A stretch of DNA of 57,545 nt from a virus (Duplodnaviria > Caudoviricetes), in the IMG/VR virus record IMGVR_UViG_3300034523_000291, positions 1-57,545 of that record; one strand, 5' to 3'. Numbering within the stretch: the first letter of the stretch is position 1; each line of letters opens with the position of its first letter. The position numbers and the translations under genes are program-made. A model generated the notes under the pieces. The model saw only the letters and a list, made by a program, of their open reading frames with translations. It did not search any database and was not told the DNA's origin. Positions 1 through 9,506 of this stretch are shown one piece after another.

Positions 1-1194
1 TTAGGGTGCGCTTATTTGAACTGGGACCAATTTGGGACCAATCTGGAGCTTTTGCATTTCGCTCCAGTCCGAGCTTGAGTTGATCCAACGCGCATAAGTC
101 GAGAGCAGCATCTGCACACTATGGCCGAGCTGCTGGGAGATGAAGGCGGGGTTCATGCCAGACATAATGCATATTGTCGCATAGGTGTGACGACAGTTGT
201 ATGGCGGCCGACGACGGATATTCAAAGCCTTCAGAGTCGGAATCCACTGCTTGTGCAGGTCGGACGTCTGTTTCACGTACTCCGAGTTCTTTGAAGGCGG
301 GAATATGAAAGGCGTTTCCAGCACCTTGCCCTTGCCACTTTTCCGACGATTAGCGTAGTGCCTGGCGAACTGCAGGGCGTGCATCGCTCGATCGTTCAGC
401 AGCACGAAACGGTCTGAACCAGTCTTCGTCCGCTCCACCACTTCCCCCAAAGCGATCCCTCGACAAACGTGGGCAGTCCTCTTCTCTTCGTCTACCGCAT
501 CCCAGCGCATCGCTAGAGCTTCGGATAGACGCATGCCGGTGAAAAACACAAACTCAAAAAATGCCGCATAGATCGTGCTGGGCCAATGATCATGCGCGTA
601 CATCTTGGCGATGATCTGATTTGCTTCTTCCAGGGTGAACGGGTCGATCTCTTTTTTGCTGCGCTTGGGCAACTCCAGAATAGCCGCCGGGTTCTTCGGA
701 ATCAGTTCCTCGGATACGGCTGAGTTCAGGATGGTGGAAAGCTTCGAGATGGCGTTGCGCTTCACTCCCGGCGACTTCCACTCGTTCGTCGCCATTATCC
801 GGCGAAGCAGGGTGGTGGTGATCAGGTCAATCCGCACCAGGGCCAAGCCGGGCATCCAATAGCGGTTCAACGCGCCCTTGTAGTTTCCCTTCGTTCCAGC
901 GACCACCTCACGACTGTCTAGCCAGAGCTGGGCATACTCGCCGAAGTTGATCTTCCCGCCAGCTACGTTGTTGGAACTAGGGAAAAGCTCGGCGTACTTG
1001 TCGTCGTCGAGCAACCCCAGCTTGATCAGCCCTTTTACTTGATCAACAACCTGTGAGGCAGACTTGATTCCTTTCGGTGTCGGAGGATAGGGGAGCGTTT
1101 CACTGCGCCGGCTGCCGTTCCACATAAAGCGGATGCGGATCGATCCGTGGTGGAGGTCCATTCCTGCGGGCAAACCCATTGGCTTTCGAGCCAT
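1..1194 (-). CDS. int: Tyrosine integrase with N-terminal Arm-binding domain
   Basis: TGMRLSE, YNCRHTY, LGHS and STYA catalytic motifs. Confidence 0.95.
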   Translation of the reverse strand: MARKPMGLPAGMDLHHGSIRIRFMWNGSRRSETLPYPPTPKGIKSASQVVDQVKGLIKLGLLDDDKYAELFPSSNNVAGGKINFGEYAQLWLDSREVVAGTKGNYKGALNRYWMPGLALVRIDLITTTLLRRIMATNEWKSPGVKRNAISKLSTILNSAVSEELIPKNPAAILELPKRSKKEIDPFTLEEANQIIAKMYAHDHWPSTIYAAFFEFVFFTGMRLSEALAMRWDAVDEEKRTAHVCRGIALGEVVERTKTGSDRFVLLNDRAMHALQFARHYANRRKSGKGKVLETPFIFPPSKNSEYVKQTSDLHKQWIPTLKALNIRRRPPYNCRHTYATICIMSGMNPAFISQQLGHSVQMLLSTYARWINSSSDWSEMQKLQIGPKLVPVQISAP

Positions 1195-1379
1195 TCGTAG
1201 TATCTCCTAATGCTGTACATAACGCGGCTGCCGTGCTTATTCCAGACGCCGAGGGGGATTTGGTTTCTGGCTCGCTTGGAGCGCAGGGCCGCTAGGGTGG
1301 TACCCAGGAGCTCGGCCATCTGCGCCTCGGGCACCTTATCTCCGGTAATACCGTCGTTGAGCTGTTCTGCTGCTGTCAT
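1035..1379 (-). CDS. Excisionase-like HTH protein overlapping the int 5' end
   Basis: AQMAELLGTTLAALRSKR HTH-like segment; position directly upstream of int; GGAGG before ATG at 1379. Confidence 0.7.
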   Translation of the reverse strand: MTAAEQLNDGITGDKVPEAQMAELLGTTLAALRSKRARNQIPLGVWNKHGSRVMYSIRRYYEWLESQWVCPQEWTSTTDRSASALCGTAAGAVKRSPILRHRKESSLPHRLLIK

Positions 1380-1381
1380 AC

Positions 1382-1603
1382 CTACCTCCCGCCGCCCGTC
1401 GTGGGACGCGCTTTCTTGATGATGTGTATTGCCAGGCCAAAGGTGATCAACAGCCAGGCGCAAGTGCCGGCGAAGGCGTAGATCAGTGCCTCAGTGGTGC
1501 CGGTGTTCAGAAGTTCGAGCCCGGCCCAAAAGAGCCAGCCGAGTGTTCCTACGAGGTACAACAAAGCGCCCAGCAGGATCAGGGTGAGTTTTATTGCGAA
1601 CAT
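1382..1603 (-). CDS. Small two-TM membrane protein
   Basis: Two hydrophobic segments; SD GAGGA. Confidence 0.7.
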   Translation of the reverse strand: MFAIKLTLILLGALLYLVGTLGWLFWAGLELLNTGTTEALIYAFAGTCAWLLITFGLAIHIIKKARPTTGGGR

Positions 1604-1720
1604 GGGGTGTCCTCGCCGCGCTGGGCGGCATATAGGGGATTGGAGTGATAGCTTTCTGCCTAGATGTCAAATAGGCCGAAAGCCGTGTACAAGAAGGTTC
1701 AATTAAGTTCGTGATGGGGC

Positions 1721-1969
1721 ATGGACGTGTCACACAACTTCGATGCTCCGATAGCGCACGCTTACCGGGGCCACGTGATGTTTCTTAAGTTCGACTGGCG
1801 GCGCCCGAACGATAAGAGCCCTGTTGCCGCACATATCATTGAACCAGCAGCCATCAATGGCTTAGGTGAGGTTGCAGCGAAGTTGGAAGGCCCTTGGCCA
1901 GACTATCCAGCAGCGCTTGATGACGCGATGGCGGCGGCCGAACGATGGATCGATAGTCAGTTGCCGTGA
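1721..1969 (+). CDS. Hypothetical protein (moron)
   Basis: 82-aa ORF oriented against the early operon. Confidence 0.65.
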   Translation: MDVSHNFDAPIAHAYRGHVMFLKFDWRRPNDKSPVAAHIIEPAAINGLGEVAAKLEGPWPDYPAALDDAMAAAERWIDSQLP

Positions 1970-2004
1970 CTCCGCTCACCGACAGGCATGTACGGAGATT
2001 GGGG

Positions 2005-2474
2005 TTAGGGGTGCTTCATGAACGTGATCCAGTGCGTTTTCTCGCGCTTACCGGACTTGTGGCCAAACAGCGGCTGCTCGTCGGCAAGCGCCAGGATTTC
2101 GCTGACCCGGATCTGGGTCTCGTTCCATTTGAAGATCAGGAACTGGCCAGGCCGCAGCACCCGGAAGCACTCAGCGAACCCCTTGCGGAGGTCGTCGCGC
2201 CAGTCGTCGGTGAGGATTCCATACTTCAGCCGCAGCCAGCTTCCCGGCCGGCGCGCACCAGGTGTGGTGGATCGAACACGACCATGTTGAAGCTAGCGTC
2301 GTGGAAGGGCAGGTGCCGGAAATCCATGATGACGTCTGGCTCAACCTTCAGCACCCGGCCATCACATAGCACATGCTCTTCATCGCGAATGTCGCCGAAC
2401 AGGGCGCGCTGGTCGCCTTTGTCGAACCACATCATCCGGCTGGCGCTACAGGGGTCTAGGACGCGTGCATTCAT
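2005..2474 (-). pseudogene. Class I SAM-dependent (DNA) methyltransferase, frameshifted near 2241
   Basis: VLDPCSASRMMW..FDPPHL continues in another frame as WLRLKYG..GFAECFRVLRPG..IFKWNE..THWITFMKHP*; one base is missing at GAA(A)GC. Confidence 0.85.
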
Positions 2475-2682
2475 GGCATAGCTCCGCCCGCCGCTCACCG
2501 GCAAGCTGTTGAGTTGGAAGAGGGGTACAAGGAGCGGTTGTTAGCCGAACCGCTATAGGGAACTTTCCAGTATGGTTTTGTACAAATTGTTGTTTCGTGT
2601 ATAAGTTTTACTGCCGCAATCAAGGTAGGAGAACTATTCGGTTAACTGGCTTGCAGGCCGCCACAGAACATTGAGCGCCACC

Positions 2683-2922
2683 ATGAGTTCCGCGGAAGAT
2701 CTACGATTTCAGGCACACGTTCTGCTTGTTGAGCTTGACGCTGCTACGACGCAGCTAATGATGCTTGTAGTGGCGGGCGAGCTTTCCGGCCCGAGCTGGG
2801 ATGATGCCTTCGCTCGTCATAGCTCTGCTTATTCAGCTTGGGTAACCGCCGTCAGAGGCGTCAAAGTCGACCCAATGCCAATTCTCGACGCTCGCCCTCC
2901 TGAAGAGCCGCTCAGTTGCTGA
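2683..2922 (+). CDS. Hypothetical protein (moron)
   Basis: ORF on + strand after an AT-rich promoter-like stretch. Confidence 0.55.
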   Translation: MSSAEDLRFQAHVLLVELDAATTQLMMLVVAGELSGPSWDDAFARHSSAYSAWVTAVRGVKVDPMPILDARPPEEPLSC

Positions 2923-2977
2923 GGCCACATCAACGCGGCTCCTTGGAGATGAACACGTAGGCGAAACAGGGTGGCGA

Positions 2978-3193
2978 TCATGGCGTCACCTCGACCAGTT
3001 TCCATTTGGTGTTGTTCGTCTGGCTGTGATCCGACTCGACCAGGCCTTCGCGCTTCATCAGTTCCAACTCGCGGCGGATCTGTTTGGTGGTGAACGGTTC
3101 GATATGGAACCGGAACCACCAGGTGCAGAACCAGTTATCCCGGGTACCGTCCGGGCCACTCATGTAGATGATGATCCGCTGGCGGAGGGTCAT
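2978..3193 (-). CDS. Small phage protein, winged-helix-like
   Basis: TTKQIRRELELMKREGLVES; ATGA overlap with upstream gene. Confidence 0.65.
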   Translation of the reverse strand: MTLRQRIIIYMSGPDGTRDNWFCTWWFRFHIEPFTTKQIRRELELMKREGLVESDHSQTNNTKWKLVEVTP

Positions 3194-3909
3194 GACGTCA
3201 CCCGCTTGAACTCGACCACCCAGACCCACGGATTGGCGCTCCAGTCGCCACCGACGCTTTGCCACAGGTTGCCGAAGGCGTTGCGGTTCGAGTCGAGGCA
3301 CTGCTCGTGACTGGTGTTTCTGTCCAACATCCATCCATTGCGCTGCGGGTGACGCGCTTCGGGTGCCGGGCAGGCACCGACCTCAGACCAGCCTTTCACG
3401 CCGTGTCCGCACCTGCGGCCGTAGTCGGTGAAAAAGCAGCCCTCAGCCTGGACCTGGTCTTCGGTGATGTCCTGCAACCGCTCGACGCGCACGTCGGTGA
3501 TCTCCAGCAGGATGCGGCTGGCCCAGCGGGGCATGTGGATGCTGGGCCTCCATGTCGGCTGGTCCTGCTCGTACGGGTTGAGGCCGTCGGCGGCGTACAC
3601 CAGGTCTCCGTCCTCTCGGGCCTGATCAAGGTCCTGCATGTCAGCAGGTTGTAGGTACGGCCCTTTCTGGACCTCGGAGTGATCGCAGTACCAGGTCTCG
3701 CGCACCCAAAGCCTGTCGCCGGGCTTGCCGTAGGGGCAAAGGTCAGCATTACCAGGCAACGCGAGAAAGGCCGGCTCAAACCCAGCGGCTAAACAGTCCA
3801 GCGCCGCTTGTTTCTTCACCTCGCGCCGCGTGACAGTCTTCCGACCTTCCAAGATGGCGCGCACCATCGGCGCCGAAAAGAGTATTGGCCGTTCCTTTAT
3901 TTCAGGCAT
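3190..3909 (-). CDS. ASCH/PUA-like conserved phage protein
   Basis: ERPILFSAPMVRAILEGRKTVTRR, PGDRLWVRET, PSIHMPRWASRI, NPWVWVVEF motifs. Confidence 0.85.
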   Translation of the reverse strand: MPEIKERPILFSAPMVRAILEGRKTVTRREVKKQAALDCLAAGFEPAFLALPGNADLCPYGKPGDRLWVRETWYCDHSEVQKGPYLQPADMQDLDQAREDGDLVYAADGLNPYEQDQPTWRPSIHMPRWASRILLEITDVRVERLQDITEDQVQAEGCFFTDYGRRCGHGVKGWSEVGACPAPEARHPQRNGWMLDRNTSHEQCLDSNRNAFGNLWQSVGGDWSANPWVWVVEFKRVTS

Positions 3910-3969
3910 GACTTCGTCCTTGCCGCTATAGCGGCTGACCATGATGTTTATGTTTAGTAGTCAATAAAT

Positions 3970-4758
3970 TTGCTAGAGTGGCTCTTTGATATTGCGAGGT
4001 ATGGGCTCTTGAAGCGTTTTTTTAATTATTGGGCAGAGCAAGCTCAGTGGTGGAGCAGCAGAAAATTAGAGTGGTGGGCTGCACATGTCACAGCTTTCTA
4101 TTTCGGCGGATCCCTACTCGTCATAGCAGCGAAGTTCGACGAACTAATACTTCTCAAACTAAATGAGATAGGTGACCTGGCCGCCGGAGTTTTCGGGCCC
4201 CTTGCCTTTTTGTGGTTGGTTTTGGGATATATCCAGCAGGGGCGTGAGTTAAGAATAAGTTCTGAATCTTTGAAAATGCAGGCTGATGAGTTGAGGGCTT
4301 CCGTAGAGCAGCAGACCGCTATGGTAGAGGTTTCCAGAAGACAACTTGAAGCCGATCTGGAGGCGTCTGCACATCAGCGTGAGCAAGTCGAACGCCAAGC
4401 AGAGCCAGATATCAGAGTGAAATACTATGACGTTGTTTACTCTCCTGGACGTAATGCTCGCTTTGAGATTTCCAATGTCGGACCTAAGTGTGAGTCTGTC
4501 GAGGTGATTCTGGAAAAAGAGAGCCATGAAGGCTACGAACTGTTAACTTCATTTGGTTACTTGGATGGCAGGGGTGTTCAGTTCATAACTTTGCCTTTTG
4601 CTTTGTTGAGTGTTAGCGAAAGTGTTTTTGTAAAATTTACGTATTTGAAGATTAATGGTAATAGATCCGCTCAAAGATTTGGTTTTTTAAAGGTGGAAAA
4701 TAACGGAAATCAGGACAGCGCCAAGGCGTATAAATATATTAGTCCTTCTCAAGTTTAG
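3970..4758 (+). CDS. Membrane protein with two TM helices and a coiled coil (moron)
   Basis: LNEIGDLAAGVFGPLAFLWLVLGYIQQGRELR; lower GC than neighbours. Confidence 0.75.
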   Translation: MLEWLFDIARYGLLKRFFNYWAEQAQWWSSRKLEWWAAHVTAFYFGGSLLVIAAKFDELILLKLNEIGDLAAGVFGPLAFLWLVLGYIQQGRELRISSESLKMQADELRASVEQQTAMVEVSRRQLEADLEASAHQREQVERQAEPDIRVKYYDVVYSPGRNARFEISNVGPKCESVEVILEKESHEGYELLTSFGYLDGRGVQFITLPFALLSVSESVFVKFTYLKINGNRSAQRFGFLKVENNGNQDSAKAYKYISPSQV

Positions 4759-4866
4759 TGATGTATTAAACATCTCGCCTTCGGCTAGGACGGCATTGCG
4801 GAGGACGATCTTATGATCATGACAATGTCCTATGCCGGGCTATGCCCGGGCGGTGGAGTGGGGGAG

Positions 4867-4953
4867 TTATGCGGCGCGTGCTTGGCGTTGCTCAGTGCGC
4901 CATGGATCGTTGGCGCGTGCCAGCGCTGCCATTGGCGACGGGCTGACGCTGTT
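4867..4953 (-). pseudogene. C-terminal remnant of a phage DNA cytosine methyltransferase
   Basis: NSVSPSPMAALARANDPW..AA* resembles C5-MTase motif X (GNSV.P) and the usual C-terminus; rest of gene absent. Confidence 0.65.
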
Positions 4954-5006
4954 GCGGTTGGTAGGTGATGTCAATATGCTCCCACTCTCAAACAAGGAGG
5001 TGAGCA

Positions 5007-6443
5007 GTGAGTAAATACGCGCCCTTAGCAGACTTTCTGAAAGCCCAGGCGCAGGACTCTGTCCAACTGGCATTCGGTCAGATCGATGCGCTAGTCAATG
5101 GCCTGCCGCCCAGTGCACGGAATCATGATGCTTGGTGGGCGAACTCGCGTACGGAGGATAGCCACACGTGGGCTCACTTATGGATCGCTGCTGGTTGGGA
5201 ATGTGTGTCCGTTAACAGGGCAAATGAAACCGCAGTTTTTCACCGAGCCTCAAATCGCTTAGCAAAGCCCATGCGGCGCTACTGGTGGGTTAATCACAAG
5301 CAAACTCATCTAAATGAGTATGCTGGCGGATACATTTGGTCTCCAAAAGAAAAGCGTAATGGTGCGACCAACCAGACGTATCTGAACCTCACTCTCGTGA
5401 GTCCCGGTGATGTAGTAATTTCGTATGCGGATGGGCTAATAAAGGCAGTAGGCGTTGCTTCGGATGCACATCGCGAAGAGCCTATCCCCGACAGTCATTG
5501 GCAGGCTGCTGAATACTGGCAAGCTCTTGGCTGGATGGTGCCGATCATGTGGGCCAGGCTGGATCATCCAATTTCTCCAAAATTACACTTAGATGCCTTG
5601 TTGGACCTTCTTCCAGAGAAGCATTCCCCATTACAGAAAAATGGCGATGGAAATCAGGGATGTTACCTCGCAAGTATTTCTCCAGCGCTAGGTGGAGTGA
5701 TTCTGGGTCTGGTAGCGGATCGCGATTTGAAAGCGTTGACAACAATTCGGGTTACAGCTTCGTCACAAGTGAATGGGCCAGGGGAGGATCACCGCCGTTT
5801 ACCTGCAGAGCAATTACGCAGTGTAACCCCTGAGTATATTTGGGAGGCAGTGCAAAGCTTGCTTCAGGGCCTGACCTCGGAGGAGTTTGGGCCGTCGATT
5901 GATTATGATTTGTTGGTTGATGAAGGGAAGCGACTGGCACCGAAGCAGGTGTTTGGACTTGCCGCAACAGCCGCTCTAGGGTTCACTCTCAAGTCTCGCC
6001 ACTTCACCGCGGGGAAGGGAACTGTTTGTTTCGAACTGCTGGAAGCCGCGGGTTATAAAATAGTCCCGAAAGGCGAGCAAGTCGAGGTGCTCGAAATACC
6101 CAATGACACTGAAGATAGGGAGTGGGCCGAGGGCCAAGTCAAGCTGGTGTATCACCTGAAACGTGAACGCTCACCGGGTCTATCTAGAGCCAAGAAGGCT
6201 TCATTTATCAAGAGGCATGGCCGGCTTTTTTGCGAGGAGTGCGGAACAGATCCTGTCGAAGCGTATGGCGATTTTGGTGTGGCTTGTATTGAGGTTCATC
6301 ATGAGGCGATCCAGGTTGCAGATATGGGCGAGCAGCACAAGACAACCCTAGACCAATTGCGGTGCCTGTGTGCCAACTGTCATCGTGTTCTGCATCGCAA
6401 ATTGAAGGCTCAGATTGTTCACCCTACACCAGCTAACACTTAG
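5007..6443 (+). CDS. Multidomain HNH endonuclease (type IV/McrA-like)
   Basis: N-terminal KYAPL..WWAN domain, EVE/PUA-like YWWVNHKQT..PGDVV, ScoMcrA-head-like DYDLL..PKQVFG, and CEECG..EVHH..CANCHR HNH domain. Confidence 0.85.
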   Translation: MSKYAPLADFLKAQAQDSVQLAFGQIDALVNGLPPSARNHDAWWANSRTEDSHTWAHLWIAAGWECVSVNRANETAVFHRASNRLAKPMRRYWWVNHKQTHLNEYAGGYIWSPKEKRNGATNQTYLNLTLVSPGDVVISYADGLIKAVGVASDAHREEPIPDSHWQAAEYWQALGWMVPIMWARLDHPISPKLHLDALLDLLPEKHSPLQKNGDGNQGCYLASISPALGGVILGLVADRDLKALTTIRVTASSQVNGPGEDHRRLPAEQLRSVTPEYIWEAVQSLLQGLTSEEFGPSIDYDLLVDEGKRLAPKQVFGLAATAALGFTLKSRHFTAGKGTVCFELLEAAGYKIVPKGEQVEVLEIPNDTEDREWAEGQVKLVYHLKRERSPGLSRAKKASFIKRHGRLFCEECGTDPVEAYGDFGVACIEVHHEAIQVADMGEQHKTTLDQLRCLCANCHRVLHRKLKAQIVHPTPANT

Positions 6444-7231
6444 CCCGACGCTATTTCCGCAGCGCTCGGTTGATAGTCGGCTTCAGCCATCTCGCAAAAA
6501 AAAGAGCAAGCTGGTAACGCCTCGTTTCGTCGGGGTTTACCAGGCGAAAGGTCACGTAGAGAGAAACGGATATTGGTCTTACGGTCGCGATGCAGGTACG
6601 AGCCTGAGCCAAGTTCGTCCTGGACACGGCAAAGCTCTTCAAATTGCTCCGGAAAGTCCTCGCGGATCGCTCGAAAGTAGCCTTCGCCACCTTTCACGCA
6701 GCCGATGCAGTTGGCGTTGTCGTAGCCCAGGCGGTACATCAGTGGCAACTCGATCCCAGCGCGCTGGATCATCGCCTTGCAATCCTCTTTGCCCAGGCCC
6801 GCGTCAATCAGCGGGGCAATAACAGGGCGATCAGGGTTTCGGTCTCGGAAGTCTTCCAGGCGGTCTACTTCTTCCATCGTGTAACCAAACACCATCACGT
6901 CGCCAGGGTTCTTCCATGCGTCGAGCAACCGCCGTTTCAACAGCTTTGTGCATGGCGCACCATTGCGCCCTTTCATGAAACGCTCGCGCCGGAAAACCTG
7001 AATGATGTCTGCGCCGTATTTCTCGTCACGCAGTTGCGCAATTCCCTGACCGAACCACTCCTGGCAGTCCAGCAAGAACCGCCGGTTATCTTCATGCTCG
7101 TTTGCCAGAAAAGCATTGATGATCTGCACGTCGTGCGTGGCGCCGTATTGTGCCAGGGCCATCTTTGTGGCCACAGCCGAGGCGGCGCCGCAGCTGAACT
7201 GGCAAACGATTCGGGGTCGTTGTGCGGACAT
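6440..7231 (-). CDS. PAPS-reductase/adenine nucleotide alpha-hydrolase-like protein
   Basis: FSCGAASA PP-loop variant; Cys motifs APC, NCIGCVK, CSFFC. Confidence 0.75.
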   Translation of the reverse strand: MSAQRPRIVCQFSCGAASAVATKMALAQYGATHDVQIINAFLANEHEDNRRFLLDCQEWFGQGIAQLRDEKYGADIIQVFRRERFMKGRNGAPCTKLLKRRLLDAWKNPGDVMVFGYTMEEVDRLEDFRDRNPDRPVIAPLIDAGLGKEDCKAMIQRAGIELPLMYRLGYDNANCIGCVKGGEGYFRAIREDFPEQFEELCRVQDELGSGSYLHRDRKTNIRFSLRDLSPGKPRRNEALPACSFFCEMAEADYQPSAAEIASG

Positions 7232-7341
7232 AGGGGATCCTCGCCAGCTGGCGTGTTACAGAAGAGTGGATTGCGTTAAGTAATGGAAACTTCTGTCGTT
7301 GGGCGGTGCTCTCCTATGGATCAACGAATAGGAGGTCAGAT

Positions 7342-7572
7342 ATGAATTGCTATCTTTGCGGGATGGAGGCGAAGGAGTCAGGAGAAGGTCAAGGCGAACA
7401 GCTTGTGGATTGCTCTGACTGCGGTACGTACCGAATCTCAAGTCTCGTCCTTAAGGAGCTCGAAACAAAGAAATTTGAGTTCTCGAAGATGCGGGATGAT
7501 TTGCACCGTCAGCGGCAGTTCAACGCCACCTCTGTCGCAGAGATCAATACAGAGACGGCCATCTGGTCTTGA
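7342..7572 (+). CDS. Small zinc-finger protein
   Basis: CYLC..CSDCG; GGAGG SD. Confidence 0.7.
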   Translation: MNCYLCGMEAKESGEGQGEQLVDCSDCGTYRISSLVLKELETKKFEFSKMRDDLHRQRQFNATSVAEINTETAIWS

Positions 7573-7680
7573 GCGGCAGCCGTGCTCCTGTACGTCTTTG
7601 AAGGCACCGATAAATTGGTGTTGAACCTCGATATGGGGTATTACGGGTGACCGGCATGGAGCCGGATCAAGGAGGTATGT

Positions 7681-7893
7681 ATGCGTAATTACAACTACGA
7701 AGCAGGCCTTCATGAGCTTCAAATCGCAAAGGAGGAAGCTGAGGCGGCTGCGGAAGATTTCTACGATAAATACTGGCCGTTCCAGACTGACGAGATAGCC
7801 GCTCAGTACAGGGATCTGCAGTTCACGGCGGTTATCATGCTCGCCGAGTTTGAACAATTTGCTCAGCAAGGCAGCATTAAGCCAGCACGGTAA
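7681..7893 (+). CDS. Hypothetical acidic protein
   Basis: Strong AAGGAGG SD. Confidence 0.65.
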   Translation: MRNYNYEAGLHELQIAKEEAEAAAEDFYDKYWPFQTDEIAAQYRDLQFTAVIMLAEFEQFAQQGSIKPAR

Positions 7894-7899
7894 CGCTCC

Positions 7900-8532
7900 T
7901 TAAGGTGTGTTGCTTGTTCCACAGTTCCGACAGTCTTCCCGATAGCGCTGGGCGTCGCTGATGAACCGGCCGCAGCCTTCACAATTGAACATCATCATTT
8001 TGGGTTTTTTCGGCTTGGGCAGCTTGATGCCGGTTCCCCGTAGAGCCTCCTTGATGTTCACGTCGTCGCGTTCGACCAACCGGCGGCTATGCGCGTCGAT
8101 GTACGGCCTGGGCCAGACCACTGCACCTGATTGACCGAGCTTGCCGATCCAGGTGACGGTGTGAGCCCTCGGCACCACGGCTGCCTTCGACAGATCGCTT
8201 GTGAATACTCCGTCTTCACAAAGCCAAATCAGGTTGTTGCCGTTCCAGCATTGCGGCTTCTGGACGTAAAACTCGGCTGCGTCGGGGTGTTGGTCCAGCG
8301 CCTCGCTCAAGGTGACATTCTGGCAATCGACACCGACTCGCGCCCTGGCGTCGACATAGGCTTTGGGCCAGGGGATGTCAGTGTCGCGGTGATCGCAAGC
8401 GCCGTCCCGGGTGAACACTTGGGCCTTGGCCAGATCAGTGACATAACCAGATCCGCCAAAGCCCCAGAACGATAACCCGTCGCCGACGTAGGCCTGGCTG
8501 CGGCTGTCTTGCAGGTAGAACTGGTCGTCCAT
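7900..8532 (-). CDS. Phage protein with internal duplication and C-terminal zinc ribbon
   Basis: Two FYxQ..TDL/SDL.KA..WP..Y.DA repeats; CEGC..CRNC. Confidence 0.8.
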   Translation of the reverse strand: MDDQFYLQDSRSQAYVGDGLSFWGFGGSGYVTDLAKAQVFTRDGACDHRDTDIPWPKAYVDARARVGVDCQNVTLSEALDQHPDAAEFYVQKPQCWNGNNLIWLCEDGVFTSDLSKAAVVPRAHTVTWIGKLGQSGAVVWPRPYIDAHSRRLVERDDVNIKEALRGTGIKLPKPKKPKMMMFNCEGCGRFISDAQRYREDCRNCGTSNTP

Positions 8533-8641
8533 GGATTATCTCCAGTCAGGCGCCGCCCTCCGTGACCGGTGGTGGCAATTTGGTTTTGGTTGGGGTATTA
8601 CAAGGGGCCTGCATCCGGCCGGCATTTTTGTGAGAGCTGTT

Positions 8642-8911
8642 ATGTCTATCGAGCCAACCCTGCGCACCAACTACGAGGATTACCTCAATCACGAGATAAG
8701 AGTTGAAGTGTTCGGTCCAGTGAAGACAAATCGCCAGGACACTAACTGCTCAATGACCCACTATGTGGCCAAACTCGCGATTTTTGAGTCTGGCTCAGAG
8801 GTCAATGGGACACGTGAATTGCTTCAAGAGCAGTACAGAGATATGAACGAGGCGGAGAGCGCCGCTTTTGCCAGAGGCCGTGAAATAGTTGGCCGGGTAA
8901 TGGTGCTTTAG
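8642..8911 (+). CDS. Hypothetical protein (moron)
   Basis: ORF preceded by a TGGCAA-N17-TATTAC promoter-like sequence. Confidence 0.6.
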   Translation: MSIEPTLRTNYEDYLNHEIRVEVFGPVKTNRQDTNCSMTHYVAKLAIFESGSEVNGTRELLQEQYRDMNEAESAAFARGREIVGRVMVL

Positions 8912-8948
8912 CCAAACGCTGTTGTTGGGTACCGTGAGAGGCGGCTGA

Positions 8949-9437
8949 TCAGTCGTTATCGCCGTCGTCAGCGGCGTTCATTTGGAGCGATTCGGCAAAG
9001 CCTGCTTGCCGTAATTTGCGCGCCACGTTTTCGGATATCTGGTAACCGTGGCGCTTAATTTCGAAGAGTGGCGCTGACTTCTCGGCGCCCAATGAATGGA
9101 CGTATGTGATCAGTCGCCAGATCGTCGCCCGATCCTTCGTCTCGCCGAGTTCGGCGGTGGTTGCCGCCAGCCGGTCGCGCATGGCCTGCCGGAAGTAGTG
9201 GCGGATGATTTCCGTCGGACCTTTAACCTTTGGCGGCGCCGGCGGCATATCCTCGGGCCGGCCATTCAGCACAAGCAGTTGCACCGCCTCGCTGACTTCT
9301 TTGATTTCATGCCATAGCATCAGCTCGTCGAGCATCTGCCGGGTGCCGTACGGGACTGTGTGCCGCAATTCCTGCTCGCCCAGTTCCTGCCGTTTCTCGG
9401 CAAGCCTGGCCGTTCGTTCTTCCTGGGTCACAGCCAT
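8949..9437 (-). CDS. Hypothetical phage protein
   Basis: 162-aa ORF in early-left operon; GAGG SD. Confidence 0.75.
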   Translation of the reverse strand: MAVTQEERTARLAEKRQELGEQELRHTVPYGTRQMLDELMLWHEIKEVSEAVQLLVLNGRPEDMPPAPPKVKGPTEIIRHYFRQAMRDRLAATTAELGETKDRATIWRLITYVHSLGAEKSAPLFEIKRHGYQISENVARKLRQAGFAESLQMNAADDGDND

Positions 9438-9506
9438 TCGCTACCTCTTCGATTTCGCTGGCCGTCAGTACGAGCCAGGTTTGACGTTTGCTTTGCTGGG
9501 TGCGGG

